Shown here: piece after piece, positions 29,455-38,354 of the stretch
Layout: every line of letters begins with the position of its first letter
How positions within the stretch are numbered: position 1 is the first letter of the stretch
Made by a program: the position numbers and the translations under genes
Notes under the pieces: model-generated
Database searches by the model: none
What the model saw: the letters and a program-made list of their open reading frames with translations, nothing else
Told to the model about the DNA's origin: nothing
NCBI GenBank assembly: GCA_963777425.1
Contig: CAVZQS010000011.1
Coordinates: 702,874 to 766,873 of the forward strand
DNA from: an uncultured Alphaproteobacteria bacterium
Lineage (GTDB): Bacteria > Pseudomonadota > Alphaproteobacteria > Rhizobiales > Rhizobiaceae
Length of the DNA: 64,000 nucleotides
Direction of reading: 5' to 3'

Positions 29455-30819
29455 TTAGGCGGGTATGGATTTCAAATCCGATCGGCCGGACGAGGGCAGG
29501 GTTTTGACGATGTTCCGCCCAGAGTGTTTGGCAAGGTAGAGAGCCCTGTCAGCATTCTCCAGCAGTTGAGCCGAGCCTTGGAACGTCGCGCTCCGGACCG
29601 ATGCGACGCCCACGCTGGCCGTTATACGAATGACCTCATCATGGGTTGTCTTAATGATCAGACTGCTGATCGACAGCCTGATTTTTTCTGCTTCGGCGAT
29701 CGCATCCTGCAGACTGCAGCCCGGGAAAACCACGGAGAATTCTTCACCGCCATAGCGGGCGGCGTGGCATTCGCGCTCGGCAGCAACGCTGCGCAGCACA
29801 TTCGCTGTCATTTTCAGGCAGGTATCACCCATTTGATGGCCATGCTGATCATTGATGGATTTGAAGTGGTCGAGATCAACCATGAGAATGGCGAGATCGG
29901 TCTCACCTCCCATGGCCTTTGCGAACTCATCTTCAAGGCGCTTTTCAAAGCTTCGCCTGTTTGCGAGTGTGGTCAGGCCATCTTCTTCCGATAGTGCCTG
30001 GAGAATGGAATTCGTGCGCAAGAGATCATGCGAAACCCGCCCGTAAGCCTCAATAGCCTCATAGATGGTAGACAATTCGCGAAACAGAGGCCGATGGAGC
30101 TTGAAGCCGCGCGTCTCGTAACGATCGATCGACTGTAGGCCCTCGATAGCAGAGTTTATGGGGCTGATGATATGCCTCGCGACGACGTAGATGGCGCCGA
30201 TGGCCGTTATAACCGGCAGGATCAGGATGATGATCCAAGCAATCTGGATCACGCGGGCGGTACGCTGGATATCGCCTGACATCCCATAGGCAAGAACAGC
30301 GGCGTCACTGATCATGGACTGGCTGAGCTTATCGGTAATCTGCATCGCATTCTGGTAGGTTTCCAGGGCCTGTTTTTCCAGATCCGCCCGTATGCCGGGG
30401 TCCATGACGGCGCTTGTGCCCGAATCCATCTTGCGGACTTGCTCTCGTATGGCGACGATCTTCTTGACGGAAGCGCCAACGTCCATGACACCTTTAGCCA
30501 GTTCATTGTTCTCGTCGAGCGTGAAGCTCTGGGCAAGCACATGAGTTTGCAGCTGAAGTTGCCGCTCGAGCTCCCGGTCCTTAGCGAGATAGATCGACCG
30601 GGCAAGCGACGCCAATCGTTCGACCTTGATTGCGTTGCGGTTCTGGCTCATGACCAGCGGCAATTGTTGTTCCTGGGTGTATCGCGCATCGTTCTCGATC
30701 TTGCGCAGGAAGACGATGGAGAAGCCTGCAGCAATGATCGCGTAAAAAAGCACAAATCCGATCAGCAGCCTGCCGGCTGCAGCCATCGATATTTGAAAGC
30801 CTTCCGTCTTTGTTGTCAT
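29455..30819 (-). CDS. Membrane-bound diguanylate cyclase (2 TM, periplasmic domain, GGEEF)
   Basis: DLDHFKSINDQHGH, RYGGEEF; no RxxD I-site. Confidence 0.92.
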   Translation of the reverse strand: MTTKTEGFQISMAAAGRLLIGFVLFYAIIAAGFSIVFLRKIENDARYTQEQQLPLVMSQNRNAIKVERLASLARSIYLAKDRELERQLQLQTHVLAQSFTLDENNELAKGVMDVGASVKKIVAIREQVRKMDSGTSAVMDPGIRADLEKQALETYQNAMQITDKLSQSMISDAAVLAYGMSGDIQRTARVIQIAWIIILILPVITAIGAIYVVARHIISPINSAIEGLQSIDRYETRGFKLHRPLFRELSTIYEAIEAYGRVSHDLLRTNSILQALSEEDGLTTLANRRSFEKRLEDEFAKAMGGETDLAILMVDLDHFKSINDQHGHQMGDTCLKMTANVLRSVAAERECHAARYGGEEFSVVFPGCSLQDAIAEAEKIRLSISSLIIKTTHDEVIRITASVGVASVRSATFQGSAQLLENADRALYLAKHSGRNIVKTLPSSGRSDLKSIPA

Positions 30820-30833
30820 GCTCTCGTCGTGAT

Positions 30834-31595
30834 CTAATAGATGCTGAAGGGAAAATAGACGTTGTTGATGCGGTCGTAGGTACCATTAAGCCGGATTTGA
30901 CTGATGGCTTCATTGACTTTGGCTATCAGTGCCCGGTTGCCCTTGTGAGCGGTGATGTGGGCGGAACTTTTCAGGAAGTCGTTGGTGACTGGATCGCCGA
31001 CGTAGTCAAACTTCGAACTTTCCGGCGCCTGCAGAAAGGTCAGCAAGTCGATGGAGTCGGCCAGGACCAGGTCAACTTCACCCGCCTGTAACAGCTTCTG
31101 CGCTTCCGGCTGGTCCTTCGTCAAGACGATCGTGCTTTCGGTGTAGGCTTTCTGCAGGTATTCCGATTGGATTGTCTGACTGCCGGCTGCAATGCGCAAG
31201 CCCTTCAAAGCGGCAGGCGATATGTCCTTGAATCTGTTGGGGTCACCGGCAAATGCCGAATGCGAACGATAATAGGAGTCCGAGTACTCCATACGTCTTG
31301 CACGGGTGTCGGTGTATGACATGCTGGCAACGATGAGGTCGTATTCATTGTTTTCGAGCCGGGTGATGATGTCGTCCCAAGGCACGGCAATAAATGAGCA
31401 TGTGGCTTTCATTTCGTGGCAAACAGCCTTGGCGATGTCGACATCGAACCCGACGAGATTTCCCGAAGCATCGATCGAATTGAAAGGGGGATAAGCACCT
31501 TCCGTTGCTATCTTCAACTTCAGTTCATCTGCAGTTGCCGCACATACAAAGGTGAGAACCGCGATTGTTACCACTGCAAAAGATGTCGTTTTCAT
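30834..31595 (-). CDS. Family-3 amino-acid-type periplasmic binding protein (orphan)
   Basis: ATEGAYPPFN, GFDVDIAKA, MSYTDTRA; no permease or ATPase adjacent. Confidence 0.9.
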   Translation of the reverse strand: MKTTSFAVVTIAVLTFVCAATADELKLKIATEGAYPPFNSIDASGNLVGFDVDIAKAVCHEMKATCSFIAVPWDDIITRLENNEYDLIVASMSYTDTRARRMEYSDSYYRSHSAFAGDPNRFKDISPAALKGLRIAAGSQTIQSEYLQKAYTESTIVLTKDQPEAQKLLQAGEVDLVLADSIDLLTFLQAPESSKFDYVGDPVTNDFLKSSAHITAHKGNRALIAKVNEAISQIRLNGTYDRINNVYFPFSIY

Positions 31596-31715
31596 ATGGC
31601 TGTTCTCCACTTTTCAGGATGACAGAATGATGCAGCCGAAATGAACAAACTGTGAGCGCTGGTCAATAAGCGTAAACATACTTGATTTATCATGAACAGA
31701 TTTCGTCGCATTATA

Positions 31716-33302
31716 TTATTTGGAAATACTGGCAGACATTGGGCCGAAACCAGGAGAGACTTCCTCCAGAGTCTCCCTTATCGCAAATGCACCAGATGGC
31801 CGGCCAAAGAGCCAGCCTTGGCCCTCTACCTGGGGTTTGAGAGCTGCAAAGTAGTCGCGCTGAGCCGGGGTCTCTATTCCTTCGACGACAATCTCAAGTC
31901 CGTGGGCGCGAGCCATGTCAATAATTTGGGGAACGATCGAGACCGAGACAGAACTTGTTCCGATTGTTTGCGTAAACGATTTGTCGATCTTGATGCCATC
32001 GACGTTCAATTGGCCGAGATAAGCCAGGCTCGAGTATCCGGTACCAAAGTCATCGATGTAGATTTTGTGCCCGCGCGAGCGCAGGTGTTGAATAGCCTCT
32101 TTGGCGTCAGCCGCATTGGCGGTGGTGCGCTCGGTGATCTCGAGAGCTATCTGGCTGCTGGCAACGCTCGCTCTCCTTAGCCGCATGGCCAGCAATGCGC
32201 CAAAATGCCGATCAGACAAATCTGCCGCTGATATATTTATGCTGACGTGAAAGCCGGGATTGGCGTGAAGCGCCGCAGCCATATCCGACAGCACGTGGTC
32301 GATGACGCGCATCGTCAGGCGATTTATGAACCCGGCCTTTTCCGCCACAGGTATAAAGACGTCCGGGGGTATGGTCTCGCCATTCTCGCGCCAGCGCACG
32401 AGGGCTTCGGCGGCCACTGTCCGGCCCGTCGCCACGTCCACGATCGGCTGGTATTCAACCGTCAGTCGGTCTTCGTTCAGGGCATGTTGCAGCCTTGCCT
32501 TCAAGCTAAGATTGTTGCGTTGCATCAGGATCATGATGACAGCGGCAGCGCCTCCGAGAGCGGCGCCGAACGTTGCGATGATTAAAGCCAAAGGCTGCGC
32601 CGATGATTCAAGGCTGCCGATATCGGCGTGTACAGTTACGCATGCCATCTGTCGACAAACGTTGCGATAGACAGTATCGCCGGTTCGCCCAGCGCCAACG
32701 GGAAGCTTCATATCGATCTTGCCAATGTTCAAAGTACCGAACATGCCGACGGTCGACGGTACATCCGGCGGATTGTACATCACACCGAATGTGTAAGCCG
32801 GATGCTTCAGCGTTTCAAAAGCAGCCGGATCGAGGACGACATTGGCATTGCCAATTCCTATGATCGGGGCCGTGGATTTGGAAATTGCCAGCCGGGCAGT
32901 TGCATAGATCAGTTTTCCTTCTGGCGTTGCCAGATCGTGCTTGATCAACGGCATGGGTTTCTTGCCTGTGCCGAAGACCGCCGAACAATGAAAAAAGCCA
33001 TCTTTCACACGGCCCATATCCTTGAGATACTTGGTGCTGAACAAAGTATCCCGTAGAAACATGATCTCCTTGTCGGAGCAGAAAGGATATGGCGAGGAAT
33101 TAGCGACAGCCAGCATTCTGTCGGCTTCGGCGAATACTTCGACCGCGCGATCCAGCAACTCGTCTGCGAATATCTGCATCTGGCCCCGATCGCCCGACAT
33201 GACGACGAGCCGGCTGATCCACATGCCGCAGACAGCGCCGGCGGCGATCAGCACGACAGTCATCATTGCCAAGAACCATCGCCGGTCGAGATAGCGCGAC
33301 AT
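31716..33302 (-). CDS. CSS-motif EAL c-di-GMP phosphodiesterase
   Basis: TM, PFCS...HCSA periplasmic Cys pair, TM, YQPIV, AEALVRW, DDFGTGYSSL. Confidence 0.9.
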   Translation of the reverse strand: MSRYLDRRWFLAMMTVVLIAAGAVCGMWISRLVVMSGDRGQMQIFADELLDRAVEVFAEADRMLAVANSSPYPFCSDKEIMFLRDTLFSTKYLKDMGRVKDGFFHCSAVFGTGKKPMPLIKHDLATPEGKLIYATARLAISKSTAPIIGIGNANVVLDPAAFETLKHPAYTFGVMYNPPDVPSTVGMFGTLNIGKIDMKLPVGAGRTGDTVYRNVCRQMACVTVHADIGSLESSAQPLALIIATFGAALGGAAAVIMILMQRNNLSLKARLQHALNEDRLTVEYQPIVDVATGRTVAAEALVRWRENGETIPPDVFIPVAEKAGFINRLTMRVIDHVLSDMAAALHANPGFHVSINISAADLSDRHFGALLAMRLRRASVASSQIALEITERTTANAADAKEAIQHLRSRGHKIYIDDFGTGYSSLAYLGQLNVDGIKIDKSFTQTIGTSSVSVSIVPQIIDMARAHGLEIVVEGIETPAQRDYFAALKPQVEGQGWLFGRPSGAFAIRETLEEVSPGFGPMSASISK

Positions 33303-33554
33303 TCAGAAACTTCCCCCAAGCCTGCTCAACAAATCGAGACGCCGGTCTGTAAGCATGCGTTGGCCATTAATGACATCGGGACTGTTAAGATTTCTCTGAT
33401 TTTCCGCGAAATGTGGCTATTTGAAGCGTAACTGGGGATTGTGGCGTGTGGTGTGAAAGGAAAAGTCCAGCAGGTAAATGTTGCAACAATATTTTCATGG
33501 GAGAGTATTCAGGATAAGAGTCGAGTTTGAGGGTGGAGTTATAATAAAAAACAA

Positions 33555-35312
33555 ATGAAACCGGCCAGATCAGAGCAGGAATTTCAAAATATTCTACGGC
33601 GGCTGGAGCTTGCGCTTGACGCTTCGCAAATCGGGGTTTGGGAACACAGCGCCGAGAATGAAGTCCTCTGGGACCTGCAGATGCACCGCCTCTATGCGAC
33701 GGGCAAAACGCAGAGAGAAGTAACGGCCGACCATTGGGTCAATGCCATTCATCCCGACGATCGTGCGCGAGCCCAAGAGGATTTCGAAGAGGCTATCCGG
33801 TGCAAAGGCGATTATTCGTCCGAGTTCAGGATCGTGCTGCCGGATGGGGATATCCGTCACATCCGATCGAGAGCCCACTATTATGAGGACGGTGAGACCG
33901 CAACATTCATCGGTGCCGAATGGGATGTGACGGCGGATGTAATGTTGACGCGGGAGCTTTCCGTCCAGAAGGCGATTGCCGAGGCGAGGGCGCTGGCGCT
34001 CGAAGCGAGTACCGCCCAGATCGAATATGCCGCTGAACACGATTACTTGACGGGCCTGCCCAATAGACGTTTTTTTGACAAGCGGTTTTCAGAACTGTCT
34101 GCCGACTGCAGTATCGAACGGCTGGCAATTCTGCATGTCGACCTGGATTACTTCAAGCAGATCAACGACACAGCTGGCCATGCGGCCGGCGATGCAGTGT
34201 TGAAATCCGCAGCGCTCATGATCGCATCGGTCGTCCCGGAAAATGGATTTGTGGCGCGTATGGGCGGTGACGAATTCGTGATTCTGATCCCGAATTTCTC
34301 GACACTCGGGGAACTGGAGATCGTCGCGCAGCATATTGTCAGGCTGCTCAAGCAGGGTGTTTCTTACGGCGGTTCGCTTCTGCAGACGGGCGCTTCAATA
34401 GGCGTGGCCTGGACAAATGACGGAAACGCAGCGGGCTTGCTGGCCGAGTCCGACGTTGCTCTCTATCGCTCAAAGAAGCTCGGGCGCAACAGGGTAGAAT
34501 TTTTTGCACCACATCTGAAAACGGGACTGTCGCGCGATCGGCAGATCGCGGAACATGTCAAAGTTGGGTTGGAAAGAGGCGAGTTCGTTCCCTTCTATCA
34601 ATTACAGGTCGATGCGCGCACGCAAAGCATCGTTGGCATTGAGGCCCTCGCCCGCTGGAAACATCCACAACGGGGATTGCTCACACCTGAATCGTTCATG
34701 AAGGTGGCAGCGACACTGGGGCTGATCGCCGAGTTTGATGCAGCGATCCTCAGAACGATCATACGTGACCGGCAAAGTTGGGAAACGCTAGGGGTCACCG
34801 TGCCGAGGATCGCAGTCAATACATCGGCCGCTCGGCTGTCCGATCCGACCCTCGTCGATCAGCTCAAGCAACTGCAGATCGAACCGCACACACTGTCTTT
34901 CGAGTTTCTGGAAACTGTTTTTCTCGATGAGATAGAGGAAGATGTACTTTCCAATATCGCCGCACTGAAGCAGATGGAGATCGATATTGAAGTCGATGAT
35001 TTCGGATCAGGGCATGCGTCGATCATCGGATTGTTGAAGCTCAAGCCGAAGCGACTCAAGATCGATCAGCGGCTGGTCACGCCGATCATAAAATCGCGCG
35101 AGCAGAGAAGTCTCATCCGTTCGATTGTCGATATAGCCAAAACACTCGGGATAGGCGTCATCGCCGAAGGCGTTGAGACGCCGGCACACGCAAGGCTCCT
35201 GCGCCGGTTAGGGTGCGATACGTTACAAGGTTACGCAATTGCACATCCGGTCTCTTCGCTGGACCTATACGCTCGTCTGGCTGCGGCGCAGAGGGACAGG
35301 CTAGCAGGATAA
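33555..35312 (+). CDS. PAS-GGDEF-EAL protein
   Basis: IHPDD PAS_3, HDYLTGLPNR, GGDEF, IEALARW, DDFGSG. Confidence 0.93.
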   Translation: MKPARSEQEFQNILRRLELALDASQIGVWEHSAENEVLWDLQMHRLYATGKTQREVTADHWVNAIHPDDRARAQEDFEEAIRCKGDYSSEFRIVLPDGDIRHIRSRAHYYEDGETATFIGAEWDVTADVMLTRELSVQKAIAEARALALEASTAQIEYAAEHDYLTGLPNRRFFDKRFSELSADCSIERLAILHVDLDYFKQINDTAGHAAGDAVLKSAALMIASVVPENGFVARMGGDEFVILIPNFSTLGELEIVAQHIVRLLKQGVSYGGSLLQTGASIGVAWTNDGNAAGLLAESDVALYRSKKLGRNRVEFFAPHLKTGLSRDRQIAEHVKVGLERGEFVPFYQLQVDARTQSIVGIEALARWKHPQRGLLTPESFMKVAATLGLIAEFDAAILRTIIRDRQSWETLGVTVPRIAVNTSAARLSDPTLVDQLKQLQIEPHTLSFEFLETVFLDEIEEDVLSNIAALKQMEIDIEVDDFGSGHASIIGLLKLKPKRLKIDQRLVTPIIKSREQRSLIRSIVDIAKTLGIGVIAEGVETPAHARLLRRLGCDTLQGYAIAHPVSSLDLYARLAAAQRDRLAG

Positions 35313-35328
35313 GCCTTGCCTTTGTGCT

Positions 35329-35628
35329 TCAGTGCTCCGTTCGAGACTCACTTGCCGCAATCGGAACGTTCCTAAGGGGAAACGGCTTCTGGAAATGACC
35401 GCGTCCAGCCAGAAAGTTGAGTTCACGATTTGCTGCCATTGCGGCTAGCTCGTCTTCATCGCGAACGCCGCTTTCGAATATGGCCATGATAATGCGGGCG
35501 AGGTCGTTGCAGCGCTCGTGCGTCTTGGGGCAACGGTCCAGCAAGCGAGATGCCTGGTTGTGAGCTCGCTGCATAATTTCCCAATCGGTAGTCGCAAAGA
35601 TACGTCGGTCTCGATCCGAAAATGCCAT
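35329..35628 (-). CDS. Small hypothetical protein
   Basis: GGAG RBS before ATG 35628; LARIIMAIFESGVRDEDEL resembles small rhizobial hypotheticals. Confidence 0.55.
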   Translation of the reverse strand: MAFSDRDRRIFATTDWEIMQRAHNQASRLLDRCPKTHERCNDLARIIMAIFESGVRDEDELAAMAANRELNFLAGRGHFQKPFPLRNVPIAASESRTEH

Positions 35629-35881
35629 GACACGCTCCCATCTGTTCGGGCGAGAACACATCAGAAATTGCGGGTCGCCGATCCCGCAGACTGGCAATAC
35701 TGAGAAAAGCTAAGCGCATTTCCGGAGCAGCCGCAAATCGAATTTAATTGTGCAATCTTCCGCACCACTTACCGCAATGCGAAATCATGGCCGGTATCAT
35801 CAAATTAGACGAAGGCGCATCTACCATTTTGTCTAAGCCGGATGAAGTGCGCTCATCCTGTTGGTTGATGCCACAGAATGT

Positions 35882-36892
35882 TCACGTGCTTGCCCGTTCC
35901 AGTAGACGCATCAGGGCGGTTTCGGCGCCGCTGAGGCCCTTGCGAAATGGAGCCCGCAGAAGCGACGTGTCGAGTTCACCGGCATTAAAACAGTCGGTAA
36001 TCAATGGGTGGACATAGCTCGATCGTGTTACGGCGGGTGTGTTGCGTAGATACTCGCTGACATTACGCATGGCAGCAGCGATCGCGCGTTTTTTGGCCGC
36101 ATCAGTCGTTGCTCCGGCTTGGGCAAGAAACTCAAGAGCGCGTGCCGAGCCATGGAACGTGCGAAAATCCTTGGCGCTGACCTTCGAGCCTGAGATCTCG
36201 CGCAAATAGTTGTTGAGTTCGCTAGCGCGCAGGGTACGCCAGCGGCGTTCGAATTTGTACTGGAATAGCCTTCCGCGTCGTTTCAACGTCTTCAATCGCT
36301 TCACTGCAGACTGATCCTTGATTGTAATCTCCTGCTTTTTCTTGGACTTGCCGGCAAATACGAAATTCGCGACGTTGCCGCTGATCCTGAGGTCACCAGT
36401 CCTGAGCGATGCGATACCGCGGCCGCCATCCTTGGCGTATTTCTCGTGCCCCGCTCGGAAGGCTTTCTGGTCTATCAACTTTACGGCAAGCGCGGCGAGC
36501 GGGCGGCCGGATGTCGGGGGGCGCTGCATGTCACGAAGGATGCGTTTGCGGATGCGAGGAAGCGCCTTGCCGAAGGCGAGCAAGCGGTGGGCCTTGATGC
36601 TGTTGCGCACCAACTCCCATTTTGGGTGATAAATATATTGCCGGCGTCCAAGGTCATCTTTGCCGACGGCCTGAATATGACCGTTCTCGCTGTCACAGCA
36701 CAGAACCTCGGTCCATGCGGGAGGTATGACCAAGGCCACCAAACGCTCGATATTCTTATGAGAGATTGGCCGGCCATTCGTACGGATGTACCGAAACTTG
36801 CCTCTGTAAGGTTCGCGTTTCAGGGTGAATGTTTCCGGATCGACCAGCTCAAGCCCGAGTTCTTTTGCGTAATCTGCATAATCCGGCTGCAT
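35882..36892 (-). CDS. DNA topoisomerase IB (bacterial/poxvirus-like)
   Basis: IPPAWTEV, GHIQAVGKD..GRRQYIYHP; catalytic pentad R (FRAG), K (GKSK), R (KDFRT), N (LRNT), Y (SSYVHP). Confidence 0.92.
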   Translation of the reverse strand: MQPDYADYAKELGLELVDPETFTLKREPYRGKFRYIRTNGRPISHKNIERLVALVIPPAWTEVLCCDSENGHIQAVGKDDLGRRQYIYHPKWELVRNSIKAHRLLAFGKALPRIRKRILRDMQRPPTSGRPLAALAVKLIDQKAFRAGHEKYAKDGGRGIASLRTGDLRISGNVANFVFAGKSKKKQEITIKDQSAVKRLKTLKRRGRLFQYKFERRWRTLRASELNNYLREISGSKVSAKDFRTFHGSARALEFLAQAGATTDAAKKRAIAAAMRNVSEYLRNTPAVTRSSYVHPLITDCFNAGELDTSLLRAPFRKGLSGAETALMRLLERAST

Positions 36893-36919
36893 GTCTTCAC
36901 CCTGTTGCTGCGGGCGAGG

Positions 36920-36945
36920 AACGTAGTCGCGAGTAGAACGGTTCC
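36920..36945 (-). promoter_or_regulatory. EcfG/RpoE2 (general stress) promoter for topoisomerase IB
   Basis: Minus strand GGAAC-N17-CGTT, 27 nt before the ATG. Confidence 0.75.
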
Positions 36946-37038
36946 CTGCGCATGCAAAAAGGTGCATGGTGGTGGCAGAATCCGCCGCGGAAAACGATTC
37001 CCGTTGGCAACCGATGTTCACCTCCCGGAGGAACGATC

Positions 37039-37338
37039 ATGGTCAAGCTTGCCCTGTACGTACCGCTCGAAGCAAAGCCCGGAAAAGAAGAGGAGGTTGC
37101 TGCGTTTTTGCGTTCCGGCCTGCCACTTGTAAATGACGAGCCCGGGACCATTGCCTGGTTCGGCGTCCGGCTCGGCAAAAGCTCCTTTGCAATTTTCGAT
37201 GCGTTTCCGGATGAGGAGGCGCGAGGGGCGCATCTGTCGGGCAAGGTTGCCGCAGCGCTGGTGGCGCGGGCCGATGAGCTGTTTGCAAGCCGGCCACAGA
37301 TCAACAAGCTCGACGTGCTCGCTTCAAAGCTGCCTTGA
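37039..37338 (+). CDS. ABM-family (antibiotic biosynthesis monooxygenase-like) protein
   Basis: LEAKPGKEEEV, EPGTIAWF, FAIFDAF, AHLSG. Confidence 0.85.
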   Translation: MVKLALYVPLEAKPGKEEEVAAFLRSGLPLVNDEPGTIAWFGVRLGKSSFAIFDAFPDEEARGAHLSGKVAAALVARADELFASRPQINKLDVLASKLP

Positions 37339-37355
37339 ACGCCCAGCAATCATCT

Positions 37356-37380
37356 GGAACCAACTAGCAGTCGATCCGTT
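37356..37380 (+). promoter_or_regulatory. EcfG/RpoE2 promoter for ku
   Basis: GGAAC-N16-CGTT, 26 nt before the ATG. Confidence 0.8.
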
Positions 37381-37406
37381 CATGCCAATCTAAGAGAAAG
37401 TATGCC

Positions 37407-38213
37407 ATGGCTCCGCGCTCATTCTGGAAAGGGTATCTGAAGCTCTCGCTCGTGACTTGTCCGGTCGCAATGGTTCCTGCCACGACGGAAGAAGAAAAGG
37501 TGCGCTTTCATACGTTGAACCGGAAAACCGGCAATCGTGTCGTGAGCCAGTACGTGGATTCCGTGAACGGCAAACCCGTAGACGAAGATGATGAGGTCAA
37601 GGGCTACCAGCGCGGCGAAGATGAGTATGTGATGCTTGAGGACGACGAGATCAACGCGGTGGCGCTTGAAAGCACGCGGACGATCGATATCGAGATGTTC
37701 GTACCGCGCGAGAGCATCGACTGGATATGGTATGACAAGCCCCATTATCTGACCCCGGACAATCCGGTGGGCGAGGAGGCCTTTTCCGTCATTCGCGACG
37801 CGATGGAAGCCACAGGCAGGGTCGGTATTTCACGGCTGGTCATGTACAGGCGCGAACGGGCGGTGATGCTTGAACCGCGCGACCTTGGTATTGTCCTGTG
37901 GACGTTGCGCTATGGCGATGAGGTTCGCGACCGCGATGCTTATTTCGGTGATATCAAGAGTGGCACGACGGACGCGCAACTCATGACTCTGGTGAAAACG
38001 CTGATCGACGAGCGGACAAAGCCCTGGGACCCGAAGATGGTCGATGACCCGGTTCAGGACCGGCTATTGGAAATAATTGCTGCGAAGAAGAAGGGCAAGA
38101 AACGACCAGCCGCAAAGGCGGCCGAGCCGGAGCCGACCAGCAACGTCATCAACATCATGGATGCCTTGCGCAAGAGTATTGCAAGTGATAGCAAGCCGAC
38201 CAAAAAACGCTAA
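37407..38213 (+). CDS. ku: NHEJ DNA end-binding protein Ku
   Basis: WKGYLKLSLVTCPV, VKGYQ, YDKPHYLTP, VINIMDALRKS. Confidence 0.95.
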   Translation: MAPRSFWKGYLKLSLVTCPVAMVPATTEEEKVRFHTLNRKTGNRVVSQYVDSVNGKPVDEDDEVKGYQRGEDEYVMLEDDEINAVALESTRTIDIEMFVPRESIDWIWYDKPHYLTPDNPVGEEAFSVIRDAMEATGRVGISRLVMYRRERAVMLEPRDLGIVLWTLRYGDEVRDRDAYFGDIKSGTTDAQLMTLVKTLIDERTKPWDPKMVDDPVQDRLLEIIAAKKKGKKRPAAKAAEPEPTSNVINIMDALRKSIASDSKPTKKR

Positions 38214-38354
38214 GAGCCTGTTTGTAAACTCTACTGCGGTAGTCATCTGACGCGATTTTCTGCGCTTCCGGTGCTCACGTACTTTAAGTACCAGCGCTCC
38301 GGTTCTCGAAAACCACGCCAGATGCCTCACCGCGGCGACTTTCCAGACGGGCTC
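38214..38354. repeat. 141-bp palindromic MITE-like element (RPE-1-like)
   Basis: Imperfect terminal inverted repeats GAGCCTGTTTGTAAACTC / GACTTTCCAGACGGGCTC (14/18); core GTGCTCACGTACTTTAAGTAC; fills the gap between convergent stop codons. Confidence 0.7.
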
